Of a DNA stretch of 64,000 nucleotides, positions 54,524-62,343 are shown piece after piece. Source of the stretch: Candidatus Pacearchaeota archaeon (GTDB lineage Archaea > Nanobdellota > Nanobdellia > Pacearchaeales > GW2011-AR1). The stretch covers positions 57,428 through 121,427 of the forward strand of contig JAFCEJ010000001.1 of NCBI GenBank assembly GCA_017609175.1, written 5' to 3'. The translations under genes were made by a program, and so were the position numbers. Each line of letters begins with the position of its first letter. Position 1 is the first letter of the stretch. The notes beneath the pieces are model-generated. The model was given only the letters and a program-made list of their open reading frames with translations. It searched no databases and was not told the origin of the DNA.

Positions 54524-57379
54524 TTATACCTTCAAACTCACAATTTTGGATATTCCATCGTGCATACTGACACCATAAAGAGAAGTTGCGTTAGAGATTA
54601 TTTCATCATTGTGCGTAATAATTATATATTGTCCTTTTTGCATGTATTTTTTTAAAAGGGATGCGAGCCGTTCTGAATTTCTTTTGTCAAGTGCTGCGTC
54701 AATTTCATCAAGGATATAAAAACAGTATGGCTTATATTCCTGAATTGCAAAAATTAATGAAAGGGCGACTAATGTTTGTTCTCCTCCTGATAAAGAAGTA
54801 ACATCAAAATATTTTCCTTTTCCTGTTTTAACTAGAATATTCACGCCCCCTTCAAAAGGGTCTTTTTTATTTTCAACTTCAAGAGAAACGTGTCCTTTTG
54901 TGCTAAGCTGGGCGAAATTTCTTGAAAAGAGTTCATTTAATTCGTTCAAGGTTTTATTGAAAGTTTTCTTTTTCTTTATGTCAATTTCATGAATTATTTT
55001 TAGAATTCCCTCTTTTTCCTTATGAATTAAATCCGCTCTTTGTTTTACTGCGTCGTATTCTTTTTTCACAGAATCATACACTTCAAGAGAACGGAGATTT
55101 ACAGAACCAAGTTTTGATAAAATTTCCTGTGTTCTTTCTAGTTTTTGCACAAGCGATTCTCTGTTTGCTTTTATTATTTCAATTCCCTGAAAACCAAGCA
55201 TTTCGACTTCGAGGTTTTCATATTCTGCATCAAATTTCGCTTTTGCAATTTTCAGATTATTAATTATCTGTTCAATATTGTGAATTTGATTTTGTTTATT
55301 AGACAATCCCAACTCATTATCATGAATTTTTTTCTGTAACTCATCTCTTTGCGAAAGTAATTTTTCAAATTTTTTCCTAAGTTCTTCTTCTTGTTCTCTT
55401 TTTTCTTCAAGGAGTTCTTCCCTTTGTTCACAATCTTGTTTAATTGCTTCAAGCTCTTCACTTAAATCCTGTTCATCACGCGATAATTGATTCAAAGCTA
55501 TTTTTGAACGTTCAAGTTCTCTTTGTTTAAAAGTTATTTCAGAATCAAGATTTTCATCATTTCTCAAAGAAAGTTCTTGAACCTCTACCTTAACGATTTC
55601 ATATTTTTGTTCAATATTTGAATTCTCATCAAAACTTTTCTCTAATAATTTTTTTCTTTTTTGCAAAATAGAAAATTCTTGTTTCTCTTTTTCTATTTTT
55701 TCCTGAATAGATTTTATCTGTTGTTTTTTATCATTTATATTTTGTATTTTTACGATGTCTAATTCTCTTTTTGAAATTTCTGAATCTATTTCTGCAATCT
55801 TTTTGTTCAGTTTTTTTCTTTTTTCTGAAATTTCCTGTAATTTTTTTATAGAATTTTCTATTTTATTATTTAAATCATTTATCTTCGGAGTTGCTTCGTT
55901 ATTTATCGTTTTGATGTGTTCAGGGGTAATTTTATTTTTACAAAGAGGACAAATATCCATTTTTGAAATATCTCTTTTTAGATTTTCCAATTTTTTTATT
56001 TCATGCTCACTCGTGTGAATTAGTTTTTCTAATTCTTTTTCTTTTTCGTCTAAATTTTTTATTTCTTGGTTCTTTAACGAAAAAAGATTCTTTAATTCGT
56101 TTAATTTCTCAGAAGTTGTTTTTTTGTCAAATAACTCTTTTGAAAGTGATTCGATTTGATTTAAAAGAAATTCAGACTCTCTTTGATCGTCTTTTAAGAT
56201 AGATTCCTTATCCTGTAATCTCTCTTTAATTGATTTTAATTCAGATTTAATCATATAGAATTTTTTTCTCTGTTCTTCTAACCTCTCAAGTTCTTGTTTC
56301 TTTTTTTCTAAATCTTTTTGTGTTATTGTTTTTGGAGATTTTCCTTTAAGTTCCTGAATTTCAATTTCAAGGTCAGAAATTTTCTGTTTAATTTCGTGTT
56401 TTTGTTTTTCAATTTCAGACAATCTATTTTCGTAATTTTCTGATTTTACATTAAGACCTGCAAGTTCTGCCCTGATATCTGCTATTTCCTGATTTAATCT
56501 TTCTTGTTCAAAACCAGTTGATTTTTCAATAGTTTGATTTATTGATTTTATTTTTTCCTCAAGATTACTATTAAAAGTTTGTATTTCAATAATGGATTTT
56601 TTTATTTTTTCAATCTCCTTGTTTTTCTTTTCAATTTCTGAATCTATCTTTTCTATTTCTTTTTTCTTTTTCATTAAATCGCTATAAATTATGCTTGCTT
56701 TGTATCTTTTTTCATCTTTTTGTAATTTTTTGAATTTTAATGCTTGTTGTCGTTCTTTTTCCAAATTATTCAAATAACTTGTTCTTTCACGCAAAATTGC
56801 TGAAACTTCTTTTAATTTTTCTTCAGTTTTATCAAGCTCTTTTAGCGCCTTTTGTTTTCTGGATTCATAAATTGAAATCCCTGAAACTTCTTCGATTATT
56901 TTTCGTCTTTCTTCAGTATGCATCCTTACAAAGTTTTGGATCTCTCCCTGCAAAATTATGTTAAAACCGTGGGGGTCTATCCCCGCCTGAGCAAGAAGAA
57001 GTAAAATATCCTGCCTTGTTTTTGTTTCATTGTTGATTTTGTAAATACTCTGCCCATTTTTTCGCACGATTCTTTTTATTGAAATTTCATTTTTTTCGAT
57101 TGAAAAAGTCTTGTCAGAATTATCGAACACAATCTCAACCATTGCCTCTTTTGCAGGAGCAGCTGATTTTGTTCCGATAAAGATTAGATTTTTGGCTTTT
57201 GCTGCCCGCATTGATTTTATGCTTAATCTTCCGAGAACAAAACACAGAGCATCAGAAATATTAGATTTTCCACTACCATTTGGCCCGAGTATTACATTTA
57301 TCCCCTTGTCAAAAAGGATTTCTGTCTTTCTTGGAAAACTTTTAAACCCATGCATCACCAATTTTTTTACAATAGTCAT
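54524..57379 (-). CDS. smc: SMC-type ATPase with central CxxC (zinc-hook-like) motif instead of a hinge domain
   Basis: Heads are SMC-like: HGFKSF, GPNGSGKSNISDALCFVLG, ILQGEI, LSGGEQTLVALSLIFAIQ, FYILDEIDAALD. The whole middle is coiled coil, and DICPLCKNKI sits at residues ~475-484 of 951 (Cys codons at 55940-55951). Confidence 0.85.
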   Translation of the reverse strand: MTIVKKLVMHGFKSFPRKTEILFDKGINVILGPNGSGKSNISDALCFVLGRLSIKSMRAAKAKNLIFIGTKSAAPAKEAMVEIVFDNSDKTFSIEKNEISIKRIVRKNGQSIYKINNETKTRQDILLLLAQAGIDPHGFNIILQGEIQNFVRMHTEERRKIIEEVSGISIYESRKQKALKELDKTEEKLKEVSAILRERTSYLNNLEKERQQALKFKKLQKDEKRYKASIIYSDLMKKKKEIEKIDSEIEKKNKEIEKIKKSIIEIQTFNSNLEEKIKSINQTIEKSTGFEQERLNQEIADIRAELAGLNVKSENYENRLSEIEKQKHEIKQKISDLEIEIQELKGKSPKTITQKDLEKKKQELERLEEQRKKFYMIKSELKSIKERLQDKESILKDDQRESEFLLNQIESLSKELFDKKTTSEKLNELKNLFSLKNQEIKNLDEKEKELEKLIHTSEHEIKKLENLKRDISKMDICPLCKNKITPEHIKTINNEATPKINDLNNKIENSIKKLQEISEKRKKLNKKIAEIDSEISKRELDIVKIQNINDKKQQIKSIQEKIEKEKQEFSILQKRKKLLEKSFDENSNIEQKYEIVKVEVQELSLRNDENLDSEITFKQRELERSKIALNQLSRDEQDLSEELEAIKQDCEQREELLEEKREQEEELRKKFEKLLSQRDELQKKIHDNELGLSNKQNQIHNIEQIINNLKIAKAKFDAEYENLEVEMLGFQGIEIIKANRESLVQKLERTQEILSKLGSVNLRSLEVYDSVKKEYDAVKQRADLIHKEKEGILKIIHEIDIKKKKTFNKTLNELNELFSRNFAQLSTKGHVSLEVENKKDPFEGGVNILVKTGKGKYFDVTSLSGGEQTLVALSLIFAIQEYKPYCFYILDEIDAALDKRNSERLASLLKKYMQKGQYIIITHNDEIISNATSLYGVSMHDGISKIVSLKV

Positions 57380-57461
57380 AAATAAAATAAAGAAATATTG
57401 TTTTTAAAGATTAGTTTAGTATTATAATAAATTTTAAAAGTTATTGTAAAGATATTATAAA

Positions 57462-57638
57462 ATGACTTTAGAAGATTGTGTTCCTAATGAGATAAGAAGA
57501 GATAATCTCAAAAAAAGTATAGAGATAACTAAAGAAGGAATAACAATTTGTTGGGATGATAGGGGAATAGAACATTACAGGGATAGAAAAACAGGAAAAT
57601 TTATTTCCAAGACTGAAGCAATAAATAATTATTATTAA
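57462..57638 (+). CDS. possible 58-aa protein
   Basis: Hand-traced ORF MTLEDCVPNEIRRDN...; below the track cut-off. Its 3' end overlaps the rnhB stop by 4 nt. Confidence 0.3.
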   Translation: MTLEDCVPNEIRRDNLKKSIEITKEGITICWDDRGIEHYRDRKTGKFISKTEAINNYY

Positions 57639-58306
57639 AAATCACCCAATTTTTTCTGGGAGCCTTTTCTACGAATTTTTTTCCAAGTTTCCCAGGTTTT
57701 TCTAAAAATACCGTCGTTGTGATATTTATTGGCATGTTTTTCTAAAAACTTAAGTGTTAATGGGTCAGAAGGATAGCCAGAACCGATTTGACTACCATAT
57801 TTTTTTCGAAGTTTATCCATTTCTTTTTCTCTAATTGTTTTTGCGAGAATCGAAGCAGCTGAAACAGAAACATGGTTTTTATCTGCTTTATGTTCACAAG
57901 AGATTTCTAAATTTGATAAATCCTTTATTTTTGTTTTGAGATAATCAGTCCATTTTGTGATGTTTGGAGAAGGACAATCAACAATAATTTTTATTTTTTT
58001 ATAACCCTTATTTATTTTATTTATTATTTCTGCAGCTTTAATCGCTTCTAATTCATTTAGTTTAATCCCCTTATTATTTTTTTCTTCAATTTCTAAAGGA
58101 GAAGTTAATATTATCTCAAAAGTTTCTGCTTTTTCTTTTATTTTTTCTGATAAGAACTCTCTTCGTTTTTGTGTTAATTGTTTTGAATCTTTTACACCCA
58201 ACCTCTTTAATTCTTTTTCAGCTTTTGAATCAAGTAAACATCCTGCAAGAACCATTGGACCGATTATAGGACCTCTTCCAGCATCATCAATTCCTAATGT
58301 CAACAT
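57635..58306 (-). CDS. rnhB: ribonuclease HII
   Basis: LGIDDAGRGPIIGPMVLAG, VKDSKQL and ASILAK are typical of RNase HII. Confidence 0.9.
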   Translation of the reverse strand: MLTLGIDDAGRGPIIGPMVLAGCLLDSKAEKELKRLGVKDSKQLTQKRREFLSEKIKEKAETFEIILTSPLEIEEKNNKGIKLNELEAIKAAEIINKINKGYKKIKIIVDCPSPNITKWTDYLKTKIKDLSNLEISCEHKADKNHVSVSAASILAKTIREKEMDKLRKKYGSQIGSGYPSDPLTLKFLEKHANKYHNDGIFRKTWETWKKIRRKGSQKKLGDF

Positions 58307-58413
58307 GTGTTAAACAAATTTGAGGGGATTTAAAAATTCTTCTATAAAAATAATCTCTAAATGTCCTTAGTTAACTTTAAAAATCTAAACCTTCTGTCAA
58401 TTAAATAGGGCAT

Positions 58414-58489
58414 AGCGGGGTGGAGCAGTCTGGAGTGCTCGTCGGGCCCATAACCCGGAGGTCGCGTGGTTCAAATCCCGCCCCCGCTA
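58414..58489 (+). tRNA. initiator tRNA-Met(CAU), with C33 and an extra U in the T stem
   Basis: A1:U72 (AGCGGGG/CCCCGCT), anticodon stem with three G-C pairs (GGG/CCC), loop CCCATAA, T arm GCG(T)GG-TTCAAAT-CCCGC. Confidence 0.8.
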
Positions 58490-58542
58490 TTACTATAATA
58501 TAATTCATATATGCTTAAATAAGGAAAATTCTTTTTGATTTT

Positions 58543-59061
58543 ATGGCAAGATTAAGAGTAAAACTTGGTTCTAATCAGAGCAATTATCAAACAATTCAAG
58601 AACTTAAAAACAGGATTAAAGACAGAGAGATAAGACACGCCATAATTTTTTATGATACTTTAATCGGTTCTTATGAAATAAGAAAAAAAAGACCAGATAA
58701 TTTCAAAAAAGGCAGAAGTATATCTTCTATTGTTTATGAAGCAGATGAAATCGCACAACAAAGACAGAGAACCTTAGAAAAATTAAAAAAAGGGGACGCA
58801 TCAAAAATCCTTAAAGAATTATCAAAAAAAGTCTTAGATATTCAAAATAAAGATTTTGAAAGCGAAGGTTTGTATAAAGAGCTTAAAAATTTTAAAGATG
58901 ATTTTAAATTAATATGTAAAATTGGGGAAAAATTAGAAAAGAAAATAAGCAGGCACAAAAAAGAAATAAAAGAAAGAACAGGACAAAAAAGAAAAGCAAG
59001 AATATTCTGGTCTGAAGCCGATTATATGAGGGATGTAGTGGTGGATAGATATATTCAATAG
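58543..59061 (+). CDS. hypothetical basic protein
   Basis: 172-aa Lys/Arg-rich ORF next to tRNA-iMet. No motif recognised. Confidence 0.5.
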   Translation: MARLRVKLGSNQSNYQTIQELKNRIKDREIRHAIIFYDTLIGSYEIRKKRPDNFKKGRSISSIVYEADEIAQQRQRTLEKLKKGDASKILKELSKKVLDIQNKDFESEGLYKELKNFKDDFKLICKIGEKLEKKISRHKKEIKERTGQKRKARIFWSEADYMRDVVVDRYIQ

Positions 59062-59157
59062 TAATTTACTATATAGAAAATAAGGCATTTACCCATAAAA
59101 GAAAATTTGCTACAGCAATTTAATGGTTTCGTTCGGTTGCACCTCGCTACATCCAAA

Positions 59158-59193
59158 TCGCCTACGGCGACTTCGTTAAATCGCATATGTTAT
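59158..59193 (+). repeat. GC-rich repeat unit, partial copy (tcgcctacggcgacttcgttaaatcgcatatgttat)
   Basis: About 79 percent identical by hand alignment to 59754-59789, in direct orientation. Contains the mini-hairpin cgcc-tac-ggcg. Confidence 0.75.
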
Positions 59194-59195
59194 AT

Positions 59196-59687
59196 TCAAT
59201 CGGAGTCGGCGCCTTTAAGTTTTCTCAAGACTTCTTTAACAACTTTTTTTGTTGGCTTTGAAGGGGTGGGCAAATCCCAGCCAATATCAACGAGAAGATT
59301 TATGGCGTGTTGCATATTTTTGTTTAGTAAAGGCATAGCATTTAAGAACTCTTTATGAAGAATTTTTGCTTTTTTCTTTAAAGATTTGTCTGCAGGATTT
59401 TTTAAATATCCTTCGTAAATCTTTATTAAATTCCTCTTTAATCTGTCATAATAATCTAATTCTTTTTGTCTTTCCTTTTTGAATCTTTCCATAAATTGAG
59501 GATATTTTTTTCTAATCTCTGACAATATTTTTCTTTCATGTTTATTAACTTGTTTCTTTATCATGATTCCATGAAAATGCCAATATATGCATTCTTTATC
59601 CTCATTTTCAACATAATGAACTGCGCAGTAAGTATGAGTACCTACCTTAATATCCCCTTTTCTTCCACAAATTTCACACTTTTCCAT
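59196..59687 (-). CDS. hypothetical protein with N-terminal zinc-ribbon-like motif
   Basis: 163 aa. MEKCEICGRKG...THTYCAVH. The rest is basic and helical. TATA-like tttaataaaa lies about 25-33 nt upstream. Confidence 0.55.
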   Translation of the reverse strand: MEKCEICGRKGDIKVGTHTYCAVHYVENEDKECIYWHFHGIMIKKQVNKHERKILSEIRKKYPQFMERFKKERQKELDYYDRLKRNLIKIYEGYLKNPADKSLKKKAKILHKEFLNAMPLLNKNMQHAINLLVDIGWDLPTPSKPTKKVVKEVLRKLKGADSD

Positions 59688-59738
59688 ATTAAGAATTAGA
59701 ATATTTTAGTTTTATTAAATGTTACGGCGCCGACTCCG
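59201..59738. repeat. perfect 13-bp GC-rich inverted repeat pair bracketing one promoter-plus-ORF module
   Basis: cggagtcggcgcc (59201-59213, encoding the C-terminal GADSD) and ggcgccgactccg (59726-59738, 39 nt upstream of the ATG at 59687). 10 of the 13 positions are G/C, in an AT-rich window. Confidence 0.85.
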
Positions 59739-59753
59739 ACTCTTCGGGATTTT

Positions 59754-59820
59754 TCGCCTTCGGCGAACTTCGGTTAATGCTAATGTTAGGCGTAATTAAA
59801 ACGAACTCTGGGACTGCGGA
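59754..59820 (+). repeat. GC-rich repeat unit, full copy
   Basis: tcgccttcggcgaacttcggttaatgctaatgttag plus the tail cgtaattaaaacgaactctgggactgcgg. Related to 59158-59193 and 62068-62121. Confidence 0.7.
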
Positions 59821-59832
59821 TTAGATTGAGGT

Positions 59833-60537
59833 TTATTTATTAATGAGATAAATAAAAAATTCTTGTTGATTTGAGGACTTGCCTCTTAATTCCGAATTAA
59901 TTAAACCTTTTACTTCATATCCATTTTCTGATGCCCAATCTGAAACTCTTTTAGCAATTTCAAAACATTTATTATAGTCATAAATTTTCTTTGGTTTTCC
60001 TTGGAGTTCAAAAGGAGGTTTGATCAAACCAAGAACCTCTCCATTGTTTTTTAGCCATTTTTTAACAACTAAAAGAATCTCTTCTAATGGCGAGAAAGTT
60101 ATATCAATTAAACACAAATCTATTTTTTCATCTAGTCTTTTAATTTTTCTTACATCAATATTTGGATGATAAACAACTCTTTCATCCTTTCTAAGTGTTT
60201 CAGAGAGAGGATCGCCTATATCTATTGCATACACTTTTTTAGCACCATGCTTCAACGCATAATCTGTAAAACCCCCGGTGCTACAACCAACATCAACAAC
60301 AATTTTGTCTTTAAGATTGATTTTAAAATGTTTTATAGCTGTGTCAATTTTATAACCTCCTCTTCCAACAAATTCAAAATCTTTAATCAAAGTTATTCTT
60401 GAATTTTCATCAACATTTTTGCTTGGTTTTGTCACAACAGAACCATTTACTTTAACATACCCTTCCCTAATGAGATATTTTGCTTTTTCTCTACTCTCTA
60501 CAAATTTCCTATTTGTAAGGACAATATCTAATCTCAT
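59833..60537 (-). CDS. tlyA: TlyA-like S4-domain rRNA 2'-O-methyltransferase
   Basis: MRLDIVLTNRKFVESREKAKYLIREGYVKVNG (S4 domain), FVGRGGYKID, VDVGCSTGGFTDYALKHGAKKVYAIDIG, GLIKPPFE. ATGA overlap with the radical SAM gene. Confidence 0.8.
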   Translation of the reverse strand: MRLDIVLTNRKFVESREKAKYLIREGYVKVNGSVVTKPSKNVDENSRITLIKDFEFVGRGGYKIDTAIKHFKINLKDKIVVDVGCSTGGFTDYALKHGAKKVYAIDIGDPLSETLRKDERVVYHPNIDVRKIKRLDEKIDLCLIDITFSPLEEILLVVKKWLKNNGEVLGLIKPPFELQGKPKKIYDYNKCFEIAKRVSDWASENGYEVKGLINSELRGKSSNQQEFFIYLINK

Positions 60538-61790
60538 TTTTTAATAAATATTTTAGTATAAGAAGGATCTTCGTAAAATAATCTTAAAAGTTGGGGGATT
60601 AATCTTTTGGTAATCTCGCAAGAATGATCTTCTTGATTCCATACTCTTCTAAGAGGGCATCCTCCCCTACAGATAAGTTTTAAATTGCACGAAGGACAGT
60701 TTTTATAATTAGAAAAATGAAAATTTCTAAAAGACTTTTTTTTAGAATCATTGAATTTGATTTCTCTAGAATCTTCTTCAAATCTCCCATAGAAAACATC
60801 TTCCGAATGACAATCACAATTATTAGTTATTTCGACACATCCACTAATATCCCCACTTGGCGTTAAAATAAGATTTCCTGTTGATAGACTACAATAGTTT
60901 CCTAATGTAGGTCGTGAGAAGAAAGCACTATCTACTTGGATATCTAAATTTTTCTCTCTAATATATTTAATCATATCTAAAAAATTCGAAACAAAATCTG
61001 AAGGGGAAACATTTAATTTTTGATTTCCTCTTGAATTATCAGTTATATAAACCGGTTCCATTTTTATTGTCCGGACACCAAGATCGTAAAATTCAGAAGC
61101 CATTTCCTTCATTTGAGAAACATTTAAAGACGTAATTGTGGACTGAACAACTGTTTCTATTCCATTGTTTGTAAGTTCTTGTATGTTCCCTCTTATTATT
61201 TCTGAAGAATCTCTCCCGTCCCTATAAGGTCTCTGTATTTTTTGTGAAATGCCATCATATGAGACTCTCATATGCAGATTCTCCTTTAATATCCAAGATA
61301 AATGATCCCAATTGAAAGTTCCATTAGTAATGCAATGTAAAGAAGCAACATCAGTTAATCTTTTAGCAGTTCTTGTTGCTTCTTTTATACATTCAAAATT
61401 AAGAAATGGTTCTCCCCCTCCTGCAAATCTTAAATGTATACCAGAGTGTTTCTTTGGGTCATATAATTTTTCTAAAAATTTACTAGCCATTGAGGGAGGC
61501 ATCATGTCTCTTTGTTCTCCCCCACGAGAATAACAATAGATGCATCCTAGGTTGCAGTCAAGTGTTGGGACAAAGGTTACTGAAAGGATATTTCTTTCTT
61601 TTTGAGGGTGTGTACTTAATGCAATTAAATACTCTTTAAAATTATCTAATTCTTCCTCATGCACATATAAAATCTCATTTGGGCGTATTACTGCATACAC
61701 ATCTTTGTTTACCCTAATAAAATCGGATTTATTGCTTACAGCATCCTGGGTGAGCTGCTCCAGTGAGAGTGTTACTTTGTTTTCCATCAT
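60534..61790 (-). CDS. radical SAM enzyme with SPASM-like C-terminal Cys clusters (peptide-maturase-like)
   Basis: PTLDCNLGCIYC (CxxxCxxC) at about residues 76-87. C-terminal region C..GC..ITNNCDC and CPSCNLKLICRGGCP. ~78-aa N-terminal extension. The ATG at 61790 is preferred over the TTG at 61793. Confidence 0.85.
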   Translation of the reverse strand: MMENKVTLSLEQLTQDAVSNKSDFIRVNKDVYAVIRPNEILYVHEEELDNFKEYLIALSTHPQKERNILSVTFVPTLDCNLGCIYCYSRGGEQRDMMPPSMASKFLEKLYDPKKHSGIHLRFAGGGEPFLNFECIKEATRTAKRLTDVASLHCITNGTFNWDHLSWILKENLHMRVSYDGISQKIQRPYRDGRDSSEIIRGNIQELTNNGIETVVQSTITSLNVSQMKEMASEFYDLGVRTIKMEPVYITDNSRGNQKLNVSPSDFVSNFLDMIKYIREKNLDIQVDSAFFSRPTLGNYCSLSTGNLILTPSGDISGCVEITNNCDCHSEDVFYGRFEEDSREIKFNDSKKKSFRNFHFSNYKNCPSCNLKLICRGGCPLRRVWNQEDHSCEITKRLIPQLLRLFYEDPSYTKIFIKK

Positions 61791-61947
61791 CAAAAATCCC
61801 CTCTTCTGGCCACCCTATCTTCATCAAAAGTCCGCTTTTATTCTCGGTATCTTCTACGCTCTTTGCTTCTATCTTTACATCGTGATTAGATATTTCATAA
61901 GCGCCTTTTCTAATGTTGGAGTTATAAACTGCTTTTGCTTCGTACAT
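61729..61947 (-). CDS. candidate precursor peptide (72 aa, C-terminus ...TLTGAAHPGCCKQ)
   Basis: Strong SD (gaagggggaaaaATG). First gene of the operon. Its last ~20 codons overlap the radical SAM start in another frame. Confidence 0.5.
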   Translation of the reverse strand: MYEAKAVYNSNIRKGAYEISNHDVKIEAKSVEDTENKSGLLMKIGWPEEGIFDDGKQSNTLTGAAHPGCCKQ

Positions 61948-62045
61948 TTTTCCCCCTTCGAGTTTTTATTATAAGAAGTAAAGAGTACAGATTTAAATAA
62001 TTTTCTATTATCAGGTACATTTTGGGGGCAGGTGGTCGGGGGTTT

Positions 62046-62060
62046 CAGAGTTCGTTTTAA
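62046..62060. repeat. right arm of a perfect 15-bp inverted repeat (cagagttcgttttaa); left arm is ttaaaacgaactctg at 59796-59810
   Basis: The arms bracket tlyA, the radical SAM gene, the peptide gene and their promoter. Both arms lie inside copies of the GC-rich repeat family. Confidence 0.75.
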
Positions 62061-62067
62061 CTTCTCT

Positions 62068-62121
62068 GTTCGCTACGCTCACCTCGTCTAACAACGATTA
62101 AACTCAATTCTGGGCTCGCTG
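62068..62121 (+). repeat. GC-rich repeat unit, diverged copy
   Basis: gttcgctacgctcacctcgtctaacaacg plus the tail attaaactcaattctgggctcgctg, aligning with 59754-59820. Confidence 0.6.
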
Positions 62122-62203
62122 TTATTTTTCTAAAAATTTACCGGATGAACAGAAACATTAAAAAATCAGGAATTTCTTTTAAACTCATAACTTATATAAT
62201 TAT

Positions 62204-62343
62204 GCCGGCATCGCATAGTGGTTATTGCACCGGTTTGCTAACAAAGGGTATTAAAATTCCCTTTAGAATCCCTTTTCAAAAAGAAAAGAAAGGCAAACAA
62301 CCGGGCCCTTCGGGGCACCCAGGTTCGATTCCTGGTGCCGGCG
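62204..62343 (+). tRNA. tRNA-Ser(GCU) with ~58-nt intron
   Basis: Acceptor GCCGGCA/TGCCGGC, anticodon stem CCGGT/ACCGG, loop TTGCTA..A. Intron about 62241-62298. Long variable arm GCCC-TTCG-GGGC. T arm CCAGG-TTCGATT-CCTGG. Confidence 0.85.

Noticed and set aside
62011-62060. caggtggtcgggggtttcagagttcg resembles the tRNA-Lys variable/T-arm region (caggtgtcgggggttcaaatcc), suggesting a tRNA-fragment att site.
   Set aside because: The similarity is short and gapped, there is no acceptor-stem remnant, and the neighbouring tRNA is Ser, not Lys. I noted it only as a weak possibility.
59785-62092. Integron-like attC sites: GTTAGGC (59785-59791) and GTCTAAC (62086-62092) match the bacterial R'/R'' core consensus GTTRRRY/RYYYAAC, and they lie inside imperfectly palindromic GC-rich spacers between small cassette-like genes.
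   Set aside because: Neither site has its complementary partner core at attC-type spacing (50-130 nt). No tyrosine recombinase or IntI-like ORF is in the window. The genes carry their own promoters. A single 7-mer match is expected by chance.
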